64,000 nucleotides of DNA from Octopus bimaculoides (GCF_001194135.2 NC_068984.1:106297139-106361138), one strand, 5' to 3'. Counted from the stretch's first letter, positions 1 through 12,791 are shown. A program made the numbers and translations. Notes: a model not told the origin generated them from the sequence alone.

Positions 1-597
1 GCTGTAGAGGACAGGTCTTCCTGAGTACAGTATGGCACCAGATATATATATGTGTGTGTGTGTGTGTGTGAGTGTTCACCTTGTCTTGATATCATGTGAT
101 TGTTGTAAACAAGCATTACCACCACACAAGCAATGTTGTTCATTTCCAATTTTCTATTAAAGACATATCTGGCCATGGAAAATATCACCTTGATTGGAAA
201 CAGGTGAGGGTCAGTAACAGGATGAATGTAGATGTAATGGAGATATTGTACATAAGTGGGTACATTCCAAAAAGGGGTTGCAATGGGAGACAGCAATGGG
301 AAGTGAACTGTTGAAATGTTGCAGAAGGCAAAGGGCTGACATGGATTGCTGTAGAATAAGAAACATAAACTGAGCCTATGCAGTCACATGAGAATATGTA
401 GTAGTGAATTACTTGAAAAAATATGGCGTAATGGCTTACCACATGGTTGGTGGAAGTAATTGGAGAATATGCTTTGATACTGAAGTACATGCAGGAAACT
501 GCTTTGTTGGTGCAGTCTTCAGGTTTGTTGGTATTATGCCAAAATGGTATCTATCTTCACCATTCACAAAGAGCAGTGGATATTGGAGTGCATCGTA

Positions 598-1140
598 GGA
601 TGTAGTAATTTCTTGGTAAACAATATTCTTTGTTTTCCCTTGTGGAACAAATGCAAATAGAATTTTTTAGCTTCCCACTCTAGAGTAGTCAACATTTAAT
701 TACTCATGTGAGAGGCATGACTCTTCCAAGTGAAGTTCTACCACAGACAGTGTTTGAGCCTGGGATTTATTAATAGACATTGTGAAGCTGATACAAATAG
801 GAAATTGCACTCTTCTGAATGAAAAAGGAATTTCTGTTCCCAAAGGAATGAAAATAATTCTGGGTATGAAAACATCCTCACCTTTTCCACAACCAGAAAG
901 AATAGTGGTTTCAATAACATGTGGCATCATCTTCTTTACCACCAGGTGTGTTCCATTGCAGAGTGTTAGTGGATCCAAATTCTTCAATAACATTATTGTT
1001 GTTCCCACTTAAAATTCCAATCTGTGGGGAGGTAGTCCTGGAAGTTCCAATGAATGGAGAAATGCTGTTGGATAATTTACCACTTCTAGATCTGCGATCG
1101 CATCGACTGACTTATAAATGTTAGGACTTCCAGGAAGATA
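598..1140 (-). mobile_element. Helitron Pif1-like helicase C-terminal fragment (pseudogenic)
   Basis: Minus-strand translation reads YKSVDAI..VNYPTAFLHSLELPGLPPHRLEF*VGTTIMLLKNLDP..LCNGTHLVV..RVQFPICISFTMSINKSQAQTL..CLSHE*LNVDYSRVGS*..GKTKNIVYQE, the typical Helitron helicase end. It has three in-frame stops; ORF 700..1008 is its core. Confidence 0.9.
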
Positions 1141-1142
1141 TA

Positions 1143-2052
1143 AAGGTTGCACAAAAATAATGGAAACACTTAGCATCACAACATCATAATATTGAAATAT
1201 CTATAAAACCATCAAAAGCTTGTTTATTTTTATGTTTTTTGATTTATTATTAGTGTTGCTTAATATGTTTTTCTAAAATTGCTGTTTCTTTTCAGATATC
1301 ATCAGAAAATAGTAATTAAAATGCATTAAAATGACAGATCTATTGAACTTTCAAAAGGTCAAACTGTTGGTGCTCGTATGGCAGGTGCTAGCGTAACGAA
1401 AACAGCTGAAATGTTTGGTGTATCAAGAAGTACTGTCTTGAAAGTAATGACAGCCTTTGAGAAAGAGAGAAAAACCTCCTCGTCGAAACAAAATTCCGGA
1501 AGAAAACCAAAACTTTCAGATAGGGACTGTCGGACTCTTACATGACTTGTTAGAAAGGGTCACAAAAGTGAAGCTCACAAAATTACTGCAGAGCTTAATG
1601 ACCACCTCCAGAACCCAGTTTCCACAAAAACTGGTCGCCAGGAGCAGCACAAAGCCAGATTTCACAGGGGAAGGGGTGGGGGCTACAATCAGAAAACCAC
1701 TACTGTCAAAAACAAACATTGCAAAGCTTTTAGAGTAGAGTAAAAACCTACAGAATTGGTCCCTAGAGCAGTGGAAGAATATTATTTTCTCTGACGAGTC
1801 ATCCATTACCTTATTTCCGCCCACCGGCTGAGTATACATGTGGAAACAGCCAAAAGAAGCATTTGACCCAGATTGCCTTCTTCCAACTGTTAGACATAGA
1901 GGAGGATCTATTATGATCTGGAGGGGAGGGGGGGCTATATCTTGGAAATCCACCAGCCCAATAGGTTCCCTTCATGGAAGAATTAATAGTCAAGATTATT
2001 TAAGCATTTTATCTGATCAAATTCATCCTATGGTTGTGGAACACCAATTCAC
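1143..2052 (+). mobile_element. Tc1-like DNA transposon, 5' part (left TIR plus N-terminal transposase)
   Basis: TIR remnant ..AAAATAATGGAAACAC at ~1145-1169. Transposase from ATG 1331 (MTDLLNFQ..GARMAGASVTKTAEMFGVSRSTV..SGRKPKLSDRD..IFSDES..PTVRHRGGSIMIW), frameshifted, breaking off at ..PIH (2052). Confidence 0.9.
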
Positions 2053-2985
2053 CATAGATTAGCTGACCGAAAACTCTCAGATTTTTCAATTCTATTTTGC
2101 TAGTATCAACATTTGGTGTTTCGTTAAATTATGCAACCCAAAGCCCAAAAGAATATTTTGCTCCCTTGTATTCTGACCACTACCCCCTCTCTCTCTGTCT
2201 CACTCTGTCTGTCTCTCTTTCGATTACTACTCGCTTAACCAAGACTTCGCTCACCACCACCCTATATAAACTAGTGCACGCACTCGGATTCCCCTACTCG
2301 ATTTTAATACCTCTGCCAAAGAATACAAATCTCAGAAGATGCTCAGATAAGAAGTTTTGTCTTTTCAACCTCGTTCATCTACTCTTCTATTTCTGTGCAG
2401 ATCACAAACCCTTTATTAGTTCTTTTCATTATTCTGTCTATTTCATTACCATGTCATCATGTAAATATAGTTTCAATAGTTTCATCTTCCTCGTTGTTGC
2501 CTTAAGATAACCTTAGTTCACACATTTCCTTAACCACAACATATTCATTCAAGTTTATCACACAGTCACTTATTTCTCTAATTTTGTCATAGATTGGCTG
2601 ATCGAAAACTCTCAGATTTTTCAATTCTATTTTACTATTGTCAACATTTGCTGTTTCATTAAATTATGCTACCCAAATCGCAAAAGAATATTTTCCTCCC
2701 TCATTTTCTGACCACTACCCCCTCTCTCTCTTTGCCACACTCTGTCTGTCTGTCTGTCTCTCTCTCTCGGCCTCACTCTGTCTCTGTCTCTCTCTCGGCC
2801 TCACTCTGTCTCTGTCTCTCTCTTGGCCTCACTCTGTCTGTCTGTCTCTCTTTTGATTACCACTCGCTTTGCCAAGACTTCCTCCACCAGCACCACTACC
2901 CTATATAAACTAGCGCACGCAATCGGATTCCCCTACTCGATTTTTTTAATACCTCCACGGAAAGAATATGTATCCAGAAGATGCT
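2053..2985. repeat. Tandem repeat, period ~535 bp (about 1.7 units), of a dispersed family
   Basis: CATAGATT(A/G)GCTGA(C/T)CGAAAACTCTCAGATTTTTCAATTC starts at 2053 and 2588. Both units contain CCCTATATAAACTAG and end near CAGAAGATGCTC. A third copy lies at 23236-23612. Confidence 0.85.
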
Positions 2986-2989
2986 CTCG

Positions 2990-5676
2990 TCTAAATGTGC
3001 TAGTTCGTGGTACGCCTGCCCTCCCAACCCTCCACCTGTACTGGAAGTTCCTATCCTCTGTAATCCTTTGGTTGTCTCCCATGAACACTTCTAAAGGCTT
3101 TATGCCATCCCCACCCCTACTTAGGGTTTATCTCCTATGTAAGGTAGTGATCACATAGTGCAAAAATATGATGGTGTAGTGTATGCAGGTTCAATTGAAG
3201 GCTATTGTTTGTTTATGAATTCTGCCAAATGCAAGCTTTCTTTTCAGGTACATGACACTGTTGTCCCCTGTCCCAGGGTCTCACGGGCCCATACCTCCCA
3301 CACCCTCAGGGTTGGCACTCTCAACATCGGCACACTGAAAGATAGTTCTGGTGAGATTATTGAGATGCTTGAATGGAGATGTGTCGATATGTGCTGCCTC
3401 CAAGAAGTAAGGTGGAAAGGAAGTTCCGCTAGGTTCCTCACAGGCAAAAAACACAAGTATAAGATTTTCTGGGCAAGGAACACTGATGGGGTTGGGGGCA
3501 TGGGTATACTTCTTGTGAAGAAATGGGTGGATAAGGTAATTGAGGTAGTCAGAGTATGCAACAGAATACTTAAGATTAGATTAGTGCTTCATCATGGGTT
3601 AGTAACCATTATCTTGGCCTATGCCCCTCAGCTGGGGCTACCCAATGGAAAAAGAAACCGATTTTATGACACCCTCTTGCAGACTACCTCTTTGGTGAAT
3701 GACAGGAACCTTCTCTTTGTGGCTGGTGGTTTCAATGGACATGTTGGACAACATACAGGGGACTTCCATGGCATACATGGAGGCTATGGTTTTGGTTCCT
3801 GCAATCAGGAGGGAACCAGGCTGCTTGAGTTCTGTGATGCAAATGATCTTATGGTTTGCAATAATAACTTCAGAAAACCTGCTAGTCACCTAGTCACCTA
3901 CCATTCTGGCAGACACACTAACCAAATTGACTACATCCTCGCCAGAAAAAAGGGAAAGATGGCTGCTTATAAATGCCAAAACCTTCCCAGGCAAAGAATG
4001 TACCCCATAACATAACTGGTAGTTAGTGACTTCAGGATCAGGGCTAAGTGGATGCCCAGAAGACGACCAACATGGAGGAGAAGGGTCTAGATGCTGAAAG
4101 ATTCTGCAAATGGACAGAGATTTAGATACATATTACTCAAAGCATTTGACGGAATAGAAAGGGATACAGCTTCACACGATGTTGAAGACAAGTGGGGCTT
4201 TCTACGGGACAATCTGCTGAGGGCCACTGATCAGATCTGTGGATGGTGCAAAGTCCCCTCTCGACCCAAAATAACGTGGTGGTGGAATAATGTGGTTGAC
4301 AGGGCTATTAGAGGAAAGAAACAGGCTTGGAAGGATTGGAAAAACGGTGGTAGCAGGAAATTGTACCAGACTGACAGAAGGGAAGCTAGGAGACAGGGTT
4401 ATTTAGCCAGAGGGGAAGCAGATAAGAAAAAATTTGCCAATGTTCTGCGCCGTGAGGATCAAAGACTTGAGGTATTTCATGCTGCAAGACAGTATGTGAG
4501 AGAGAATCGTGATATTGTAGGAGAGAAATGTGTTCGCATGGATGATAGGTTCACTTGCACTAAACGAGGCTGCAAAGAGAGAGGTTTGGAGACACCACTA
4601 TGAAAGGTTGCTCAATAAAGAAAATGAATGGGAGAATGAGAGTCTGCCGAATGTCGACCCAACAGAGGGACAAGCTATACGAGTTGACAGTACCTTGGTA
4701 GATAAAGCAATTAAGAGTATGAAGACGGGGAAAGCCCCCGGCCCATCAGAAATCACTGCAGAGATGCTCAAAATATCTGGCAGTGTCAGCTATAGCCTAG
4801 TCACCCGTATAGTTAACCAGGTGATACACGAAGGAGTCACACCCAATGACTGGTGTAGCAGCACCATAGTCAACTGCTACAAAGGTAAAGGTAACATTTC
4901 AGATACAAATAATTACAGAGGTATCAAGTTGTTGGATGAGGTAATGAAGGTCATGGAGAGGGTCATAGCCCAATTAATTAGGGAGAGAGTCAGTTTAGAT
5001 GAGATGCAGTTTGGGTTCGTGTCAGGGAAAAGCACTACTGATGCTATATTTCTGGTAAGACAGCTGCAGGAGAAATACATAGCCAAAGATAAACCTCTGT
5101 ACCTGGCTTTCGTTGACATGGAGAACGCCTTTGACAGGGGTGTAACCAGCCCACTTATGTGTACCTTTCCTTCATTGGACACTAAACTCTGCTTGCGAAA
5201 ACCTGTTGAGGCAAGTGAAATCAAAATCGAATCAAATTTGCAAATTCGATGACTGGCACCTGTGCCAGCGGAGCAATAAGAGCAGCATCCAAATGTGATC
5301 ATTGCTAGAGCAGCTGACTAACTTCTGTGCCGGTGGCACATAGAAAAGCACCATTTGAGCGTGATTGTTACCAGCGTCACCTTAACAGCACGGGAAAAAA
5401 ACATTCAAGCGAGGTTGTTACCAGTGCTGCTGGACTGGATCCTGTGCAGGTGGCACGTAAAAAACACATTTGAGTGTGGCTGTTGCCAGTACCGCCTGAC
5501 TGACCCTCGTGCTAGTGGCACGTAAAAGCACCCACTACACTCTTCGAATGGTTTGTATCCAGCTGTAGAAACTCTGCCAAATGAGATTGGAGCCTGGTGC
5601 AGCCATCTGGGTTGCCAGTCCTTAGTCAAATCGTCCAACCCATGCTAGCATGGGAAGCAGATGTTATATGATGATG
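2990..5676 (+). mobile_element. RTE-clade LINE (APE endonuclease plus partial RT), internally deleted, with 3' UTR and (ATG)n tail
   Basis: ORF 3158..4015 has LRVGTLNIGT..CCLQEVRW..GGFNGHVG..NQIDYIL (APE). ORF 4530..5252 has GKAPGPS..YRGIKLL..QFGFVSGKSTTDAIF..AFVDMENAFDR, where RT stops at ~5138. It joins directly to the 3' UTR with GTGGCACGTAAAA-type tandem repeats and the tail GATGTTATATGATGATG. Confidence 0.9.
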
Positions 5677-5998
5677 AAAGTTGTTACTGAATGGCACAAG
5701 GAACATTCTAGTGAAGTCGAACATCTTATCTGGCCACTACAGTCGCCAGATCTCAGTATTATTGAACATTTATGGTGCATTTTAGAAAAAGAAGGAGTCG
5801 ATATCCTCCACCATCATCGCTACAAGAACTGATGACTGTTTTAGCTGAGGAATGGACAAAAATTCCTTTGGAAACATTCAAACTTTGTATGAGTTCATAC
5901 CTTGTAGAATCCAAGGTGTAATTACTGCCAAAGGCAGTCGTACCCCATATTAAAATAAATTTGCTTGAAATTTTAAGGTGTTTCCATTATTTTGTCTA
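5677..5998 (+). mobile_element. Tc1-like transposon, 3' part (C-terminal transposase plus right TIR)
   Basis: KVVTEWHKEH..WPLQSPDLSIIEHLW..GSRTPY*, then GTGTTTCCATTATTTTGTC (5978-5996), the reverse complement of the left TIR. Confidence 0.9.
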
Positions 5999-6825
5999 TT
6001 GCAGCAGCTGCTTATTAATTTTACTTACATTGTTTTTTTTTTTGGAGCCAGTATTCTTCATTCACGCAGCCACTTGAAATAATTATAATGTTTTGACCAA
6101 TGGATATAAAGGAGATAATCATTTTCTGAAAGTTACTTTGCAAAAGGTTACCTCCCTTCTTCACACAACCAAGGAAAGGGTGTTTTCTGCTCCCAGAGGG
6201 CTTGTTACTCATTATGTGAAAAATTTTAAGAGTCTAAAACCATCTCTGGAACATAAGTAATGTATGTTCCCAGTTTGGAGAAAATCAGTTGTGAACTTCA
6301 GAAGTTATGCAGGTTTACACACACAATCTCATTCTTATGTATATATAGACAATAGAACAAAATAACCAGACTACTTTGTAATATGTGATTTTAATTATCA
6401 AATTACACCTATTGAATTGTGTTTTGATAATTCAAATCAAGTCTGATGAAGTGGTTTGGTTATTCTGCTATATTATGTAATCTATCAAAAAAAAAAATCT
6501 AAAAAGCCATTCTCATGGAAACATTATGGAATCGAAAAATTGACTCCTTTTTGTTAATTTATTATTATGCAAGCTTAAAAGCCACACTCTGTGCACTTTT
6601 AAGCTAGTTCCTGCAGAGGGCTAAATGGGCTTGCAGCCAAAAACTAAAGAGAGTGAAAATAATAAACTATTTATTGGTACCCTACCAATATGGTATTACA
6701 TTAAATTCAGTTTAAATTAAAAACTTGTAAGTTCACAAATTTTTGTACAAATACAACTCATTACCAGTTAGGGACTCAAAAACATGATCTTGCAATCATG
6801 AATACAACATCCTGGTAGATAGAGA

Positions 6826-7025
6826 GACAGAATAGCAGACAGTTAGATAGACAGACAGACTGATAGATAGATTGATAGAGAGGCAGACAAAGAGGTATAT
6901 AGAGATGGATAAATAGACAGAGACAAATAGATAGACAGACAGACAGTTAGATAGACAAAGAGGTACATAGAGATGGACAGATAGATAGATAGATAGATAC
7001 AGAGATACATAGAAATAGATAGAAT
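6826..7025. repeat. Degenerate (AGAT/AGAC)n microsatellite
   Basis: Direct inspection. Confidence 0.9.
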
Positions 7026-7371
7026 ATACAGCAGAACAAAGAGGCTGAGAATCAGTTGGAGTTAAACAAGTGGGATTAAGTAATTTGTCTATGAATAGAT
7101 TTGCTTGCTCAAGGTTGACGTAGGATTCAATTAATGATAGTATTTCCATAGTTTCTATGTTTCAGTCTTACAAAGACACCCCCACTACCTTATTCAGCTT
7201 GTTTCATTCATTCACACTGTAGATGTATATTACACAAATAGAGATTGGTCTTACATTGACTGATACATTTGGTGTGGATTTACATTACCTGTTTAAATAA
7301 AACAATATCTAAATCAATAAATAAAAGCAAATATCTCCTGCATCATGGCCAGTGTCATGTTCTATGTTCAT

Positions 7372-7590
7372 TAGGTGGCTGAGGGTCAGAAATAATGCTT
7401 TGCAGTATTTGTTTCAGCACTTTATGTTCTGAGCTCAAATTCCGCCATGGTTAAATTTGCCTTTTCATTCATTTGGAGATCAGCAAAATAAAGTGGTAGA
7501 CAAGTACTGAGATTGATGGAATATACTAAACACTCCCCTCAAAATTGCTGGTCATGTGCTTAAATCAGAAGCCATTATGATAAACAGCGG
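7372..7590 (+). mobile_element. tRNA-derived SINE, family A
   Basis: B-box-like GTTCTGAGCTCAAATTCCGCC, then a body matching the other family A copies in the window. Confidence 0.75.
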
Positions 7591-7611
7591 AGAAATAAAG
7601 TCCACTTCTGA

Positions 7612-8320
7612 ATCATCATCGTTGTTGTTACTATCATCATCAACCCCATCATCGTTTAGTGTATGTTTTCCATGCTGGTATGGGTTCGACAGTTTAACTG
7701 AAACTGGTTAAGCCAGAGAGCTGCACTAGGCTCTAGTCTGTTTCAGCCTTGGTTTCTATGGCTGGATGCCCTTCCTAATGCCATGCACTCTACAAGAGTG
7801 CTTTTACATGTCATGTGTAAGTACCTTTTATGTGTCACCAGAACAGGTGCCTTTAATGAGTCAACAGCATGGGTAACTTTTATGTGTCACTGGCACTAAC
7901 CACAACTACGATTTTACTTAGCTTAACATGTCTTCTCAAGCACAGCAAATCACCAAAAGTCTTGGTCACTAGTCATTGCCTCCATGAGACTCAATATCTG
8001 AAGATCATACATTACCAACTCATCTGTCTTCCTGGGTCGACCTCTTCCACAGATTCCCTCCACAGTTAGAGACTGGCACTTGTTTATGTAGCTATCCTTG
8101 ATCACACATATCACATGGCTATACCAGCGTAGTTTTCACTCTTGTACCCTATATCTGATGTCACTTATACCCAATCTTTCTCTTAAGACACTCTCTGTCG
8201 TACGTGTACACTGACATTTCACACCCAGTGGAGCTTACTAGCTTCATTTTTTTCAGGCCTTCACATGTCCTCTGTAGTCACAGCCCATGCATCACTGCTG
8301 TGTAGCATAGCTGTACGTAC
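7612..8320 (-). mobile_element. RTE LINE 3' fragment (C-terminal ORF plus 3' UTR and tail)
   Basis: Minus translation VRTAMLHSS..WAVTTEDM..NEAS.. and a GRGRPRKT-like tail. The 3' UTR resembles 5520-5676 and ends in (GAT)n. Confidence 0.75.
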
Positions 8321-8321
8321 A

Positions 8322-9499
8322 CAGGGTCATCCCAATAAATAATGCGGTCTTTTATTTTTCAAAATTAAGATAAACAAAGTTCTTTTTTAATCTAAAATAT
8401 ACTCTCTTTCATTTTTTACAATGCTCTTCCATCTATCTGGTAGACTTGCAAGGTCCCTCTTGCCAAATTCACTTGTCTGTGATGAAAAATACTTCCCCAG
8501 TACTGTTCTGACCTCGTCTACAGAATTCATATTTTTTCCATCCAAATGATTTTGAAGACTGCAGAATAAATGATAATCAGATGGGACAATGTCTGATAAA
8601 TATGACAGGTGGGGCAGTGTTTCCCATTCAAACTGCTCCAGTCTTTGGAATGTCATCCTTGCTGAATGTGGCCAATCATTATCCTGATGGAAGAACACCT
8701 TTTGTCTTGAAACCAAAGATTGTCATTTTTCTTCTCGCTCTAACTCAAGCAGCTCACAGTAGATCTCCTTTGTTATCATTTGGTTTGGGTTTAAAAGTTC
8801 AAAGTGGACTAAGCCTTTCATAGCCCACCAAACAGATAACAACACCTTATGTGAGTGAAGACCTCCTATAGCCTGGGGTGCCTGTGTTTCTCCTTTCCCT
8901 ACCCACTGTCTTTGGCACTTGACACTTTTATAGAGAACCCATTTCTCATCACCAGTCACTATTCAGTCCAAAAATGTTTCATTCGTGAGACATGACAGCA
9001 AAGAAGAGCACACATTCACTGTGTGTGTGATTAGACTCGGCAAGTTTATGAGGAACCCATTAACCTAATTTTCTGACTTTTCCAATGGCACGCATGTGTC
9101 AATGAATGGTTGAATGACCAAATCCAAGCTTCTCTGCTAGTTCTTCAACAGTTACAGTGAAATTTTGTTCCACTAGGATTAACAGAACGTCCTCGTTGAA
9201 CTCTTTCGATCTTCCAGGATGAGACTCGTCTTCTAGGTTGTAGTTTCTGGCTCGGAATTTCTGGAACCACTTTCTGTTACATTGTTGCCTTTATTGAACT
9301 CATAAAGCAAAATATGCCAAATGCTCCTTTATCACTTCCATTATAACATTGAAAAAATAACTGTTAAAATTGAACTGCACTCTTCAAATCTTGCACTAAG
9401 TATATGGACAAGGTAAAATTACTACCTGCTTTTGCAGCAAATTGATGCAGGTAGTTTATCCTCTCCCCCACCGACTTTTCTTTATGGGATGACCCAATA
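8322..9499 (-). mobile_element. Mariner-type (D34D) transposon with both TIRs, decayed
   Basis: TIRs GGGTCATCCCAATAAA (8324-) and TTTATGGGATGACCC (9481-9495). ATG at 9341; fragments MTGDEKWVLY..KVLLSVWW (8723..8959) and HQDNDWPHSA..YLSDIVPSDYHLF (8387..8716). Confidence 0.92.
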
Positions 9500-9984
9500 T
9501 AATCTGCCTTTCACTCTGAGGAAGAGACCCTTTGCTACCAACAAAGGTAGCAGCTCTCTGAGCATCCTTGTCAACTGCTGACTTGGTCACCAAGGTAACA
9601 GAAATGCTAATCTGTTGTACATAATAATTTCAGAAGACATAACTCATATTACTGGATAATAAGTGGATGGAGGTATATAGAATTAGATATCCAGCATATA
9701 AACAAAAACAAAAAAATGCATTCAGAAATTTTGAACTCGAGATCAGTTAGAAGTTCAATGCTTTATCCACATCAGTCGTTTCATATTTATATTTTATATT
9801 GCATGTCCAAGATATCATATTTAATATCTTTTTACAATAGTTCAAGCCCTGCACTTTATTGCCCTGTATTTATTATCAGACAACATCTCTTTCTCTCTCT
9901 CACATACACATACTACTAGTTTCAGCTCAAGGGTTATGGCCATATTAGAGCACCATCAACTGGTATTGCTACTCCTTCATTAAT

Positions 9985-10600
9985 CCTCATCTAACAGTTG
10001 GTATTTAGTAAATGAGTGAGTTTGAAACTGTTGCTCTTATTCCTACTTTCTCCCATGAAGTTGACTCATCTGGGATTCTTGACAGTAGGAAATCCAGTTT
10101 AGTTTTGAAGACATCGACATCCATACTATGTAGATCTCACAGATTCTTTGGGAGGGTATTCAAGAGTTGTGGGCCTTGGAATCCCAAACCATTGTAATAT
10201 CTGGTCCTATATTCTGATGGTAGAAGAGGGATTTTAGGTACTATGCAATGGGGCTCTGCTCTGGTGTTTGTATAACTTTCCACACCAAAGTTTGGGACAA
10301 GTCCTTCCAGGATCTTCAAGATGTATACTGGAACATATCTTTCCTGCCTTCATTCCAGAGAAATGAAGTTTGAACCTTCTGAGTCTTTCCCAGAAGCTTA
10401 TTTGTTACATTAGGGCTATCTATTTTTGTGTAGCTTTTCTGGACTGCTTCAAGTTCTGTTATTAATTTCACACTGTGGTGGCCATAGTTGGGAGCAATAG
10501 TCAAGATGACTTACGACAAATGTCCTCCAAAGGACCATCATGATTTCCTGCTATCTTGTTCCAAAAGTTCTAAAAATACGTCCACTTTCAGCCCACTTGT
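9985..10600 (-). mobile_element. CR1-like LINE 3' fragment
   Basis: Frameshifted LDYCSQLWSPH-like motif, then KLITELEAVQKSYTK..ERYVPVYILKILEGLVPN..GPQLLNTLPKNL..VDVFKTKLDFLLSRIPDE. Confidence 0.8.
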
Positions 10601-10670
10601 GTATTGTGTCTAACACTTGTTGCAGGTGCATGGCATAGTCAGGGTTTTGTAGTACCTGTGAGACTTATTT

Positions 10671-10814
10671 GTCATCTGCATAGCTTGCGAGAACAGCTCT
10701 GTGTAGATAAGGGCGTATCTATGAGGACCACTAGAAACAGTAGTCATCTGCATAGCTTGCGAGAACAGCTCTGTGTAGATAAGGGTGTATCTATGAGGAC
10801 CACTAGAAACAGTA
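10671..10814. repeat. Near-perfect 72-bp tandem duplication
   Basis: GTCATCTGCATAGCTTGCGAGAACAG..CCACTAGAAACAGTA at 10671 and 10743, with one visible C/T difference. Confidence 0.95.
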
Positions 10815-11024
10815 GTGGCTCCAAAACAATGTCCTATGGGACACACACACAATCTGCATTTCCATGGAGGTGACCCAGCTGGCTATTAGTACCTGATTTC
10901 TATCTTTCAGAAAGTCATGTAGCCACTCTCCTGTTACTAAGCTGTAACACTCCTCTAATATCTAGGAAGAGTATCGATATCAATGCTGATGCCGAATATA
11001 TGTATATGCATATACATATTAATC

Positions 11025-11198
11025 ACCACTTAATGTCCATGTTACATACTGGCATGGGTAAGATGGTTTGATAGGACCTAATGAACTAGAAGACTGAGTT
11101 GAACTCCAGTGTCAGCTTTGGTATGATTTTTTATGGCTGGATACCCTTCCTAATACCAACCACTTTACAACATGTACTGGGGTATTTTTCATGGCACT
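11025..11198 (-). mobile_element. RTE-tail SINE or 5'-truncated RTE 3' end
   Basis: ATGGCTGGATACCCTTCCTAATACCAACCACTTTAC matches the reverse complement of the RTE 3' UTR at 5540-5676. Confidence 0.7.
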
Positions 11199-11240
11199 AG
11201 ATCGATAGATGGATGGATGGATAAGCAGTCAGGCAGGTTT

Positions 11241-11244
<4 letters not shown>

Positions 11245-11288
<44 letters not shown>

Positions 11289-11352
11289 AAGATAGATAGA
11301 TAGAAAGATAGATAGATAGATAGAAAGATAGATAAATAGATAGATAGATAGA
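11245..11352. repeat. (GATA)n microsatellite
   Basis: Direct inspection. Confidence 0.95.
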
Positions 11353-12520
11353 TGTTTAAAGGAGGAAACTCATAAAATTCATAGGACTGGAAACAAATGT
11401 GTTGAAAATTTCTTGTAGTATATCTACAATAACTATAAGATTGTGGTACTTAACTATTGACTGTAAGGATATAGGTTTAAATCTTATGGTCGTCATCACA
11501 CAAAAAAAAGGAACATAAACAGCTAGATACAGTTTGTGTAATTAGCAAATTATTAAACAAAATATAAAAAAAAAAGTTTCTATTCATATTTTACAGCTGT
11601 GTAGACAATTGTAGGAAAGGTATCTTGCTGTAGGATAAACTGTTCTATGCTATATATATATATATATGTGAAGCAAATTAACACCAAATATACAGTGCGT
11701 GTGTTTTTATTGGGTAAACTGGCAATATGATCATCCCCAAGTACAACAACATATATATATATAAATTCTTATGTAGAGAAAAATGTAGCTAAGAAAGTAG
11801 GAGGTTAAATATTTTTGAAAACCATATGTAGGAGTGAAAACTTTGTTTGTTCTGGACAACTGTTTAGCTTAAAGGAATATTGTTATCTAACAAACATTAT
11901 TTCAGTTTCCTGATTAAATTACTGTACCATGTTTGGTGCATAAGAGAGGAATCTGAACTGTCATTAATTTATTCCACTAAGTCAACCAACTGTGAGAAAA
12001 GTTATAGGAGTTTCACGATGCAGAATATTTTGGATTCTCAGTTCCAGAATACCAATTTCATGGCTCTGAGTTCAACACCTGTTACAGTTAAGAGTATAAT
12101 TTATTTTTCTGCTTGTTTCCTCTTGTGAACTTGACTTAAAGACTCTCTGATAATAGCGAAGTAATTAGTAGCAAGAAAAATTTCTAGGTGCTAGGGGGGA
12201 AAAAATGGCTCACAGAGTTCACACATTAGAATCCAATTTTGTACAAGCCTTCCATTGTGATTGTCAAGGATATAAATTTAAGAACAGACTGGAGAGAGAG
12301 AGAGAGAGAGGCGTAAATTAAATATTCTCAACACATTGTAAGTTCAGAAACCAGTTCCATTCCAAAGAATCTATAAATAGGTGCACAGAAACATAAAACT
12401 AATACAATTGTTGTTGCTATTCCTGAAATATACAAATCCAATGCAAGCTTTTAACTATTATTCCTTTTGATGCCAACCCTCTTGAGACTACTCTTTGTTC
12501 TATGATAGAAAGTTCATGTC

Positions 12521-12748
12521 TTAACCCTTTTGACACCAGCCTGCTGGAGACTGCTCTTGGTTTTATGATATGAACTTCCAGTTTTACAAAGATTTAAATT
12601 AAACCCTTCCATCAAAATTCCATGTTAATTTATGTTCTTAACATCGATATAATAATGACAAAGTTATTTTACTAAATACTTTATTACTTTCAAAATTAAT
12701 TGAAACAGTTTGTATAGTTCAGCAGAAATATAGTAACAAATGGGTCAA
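12521..12748. mobile_element. piggyBac-like MITE
   Basis: Begins TTAA-CCCTTT and ends GGG-TCAA; non-coding. Confidence 0.55.
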
Positions 12749-12791
12749 AGTGATCTAAATCAAAACTTCTCATCAATACTCTTTTTTTTTT

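Noticed and set aside
184-597. Helitron 3' hairpin/CTRR terminus downstream of the helicase fragment
   Set aside because: I could not identify a convincing hairpin plus CTRR, so the element boundary is left undefined.
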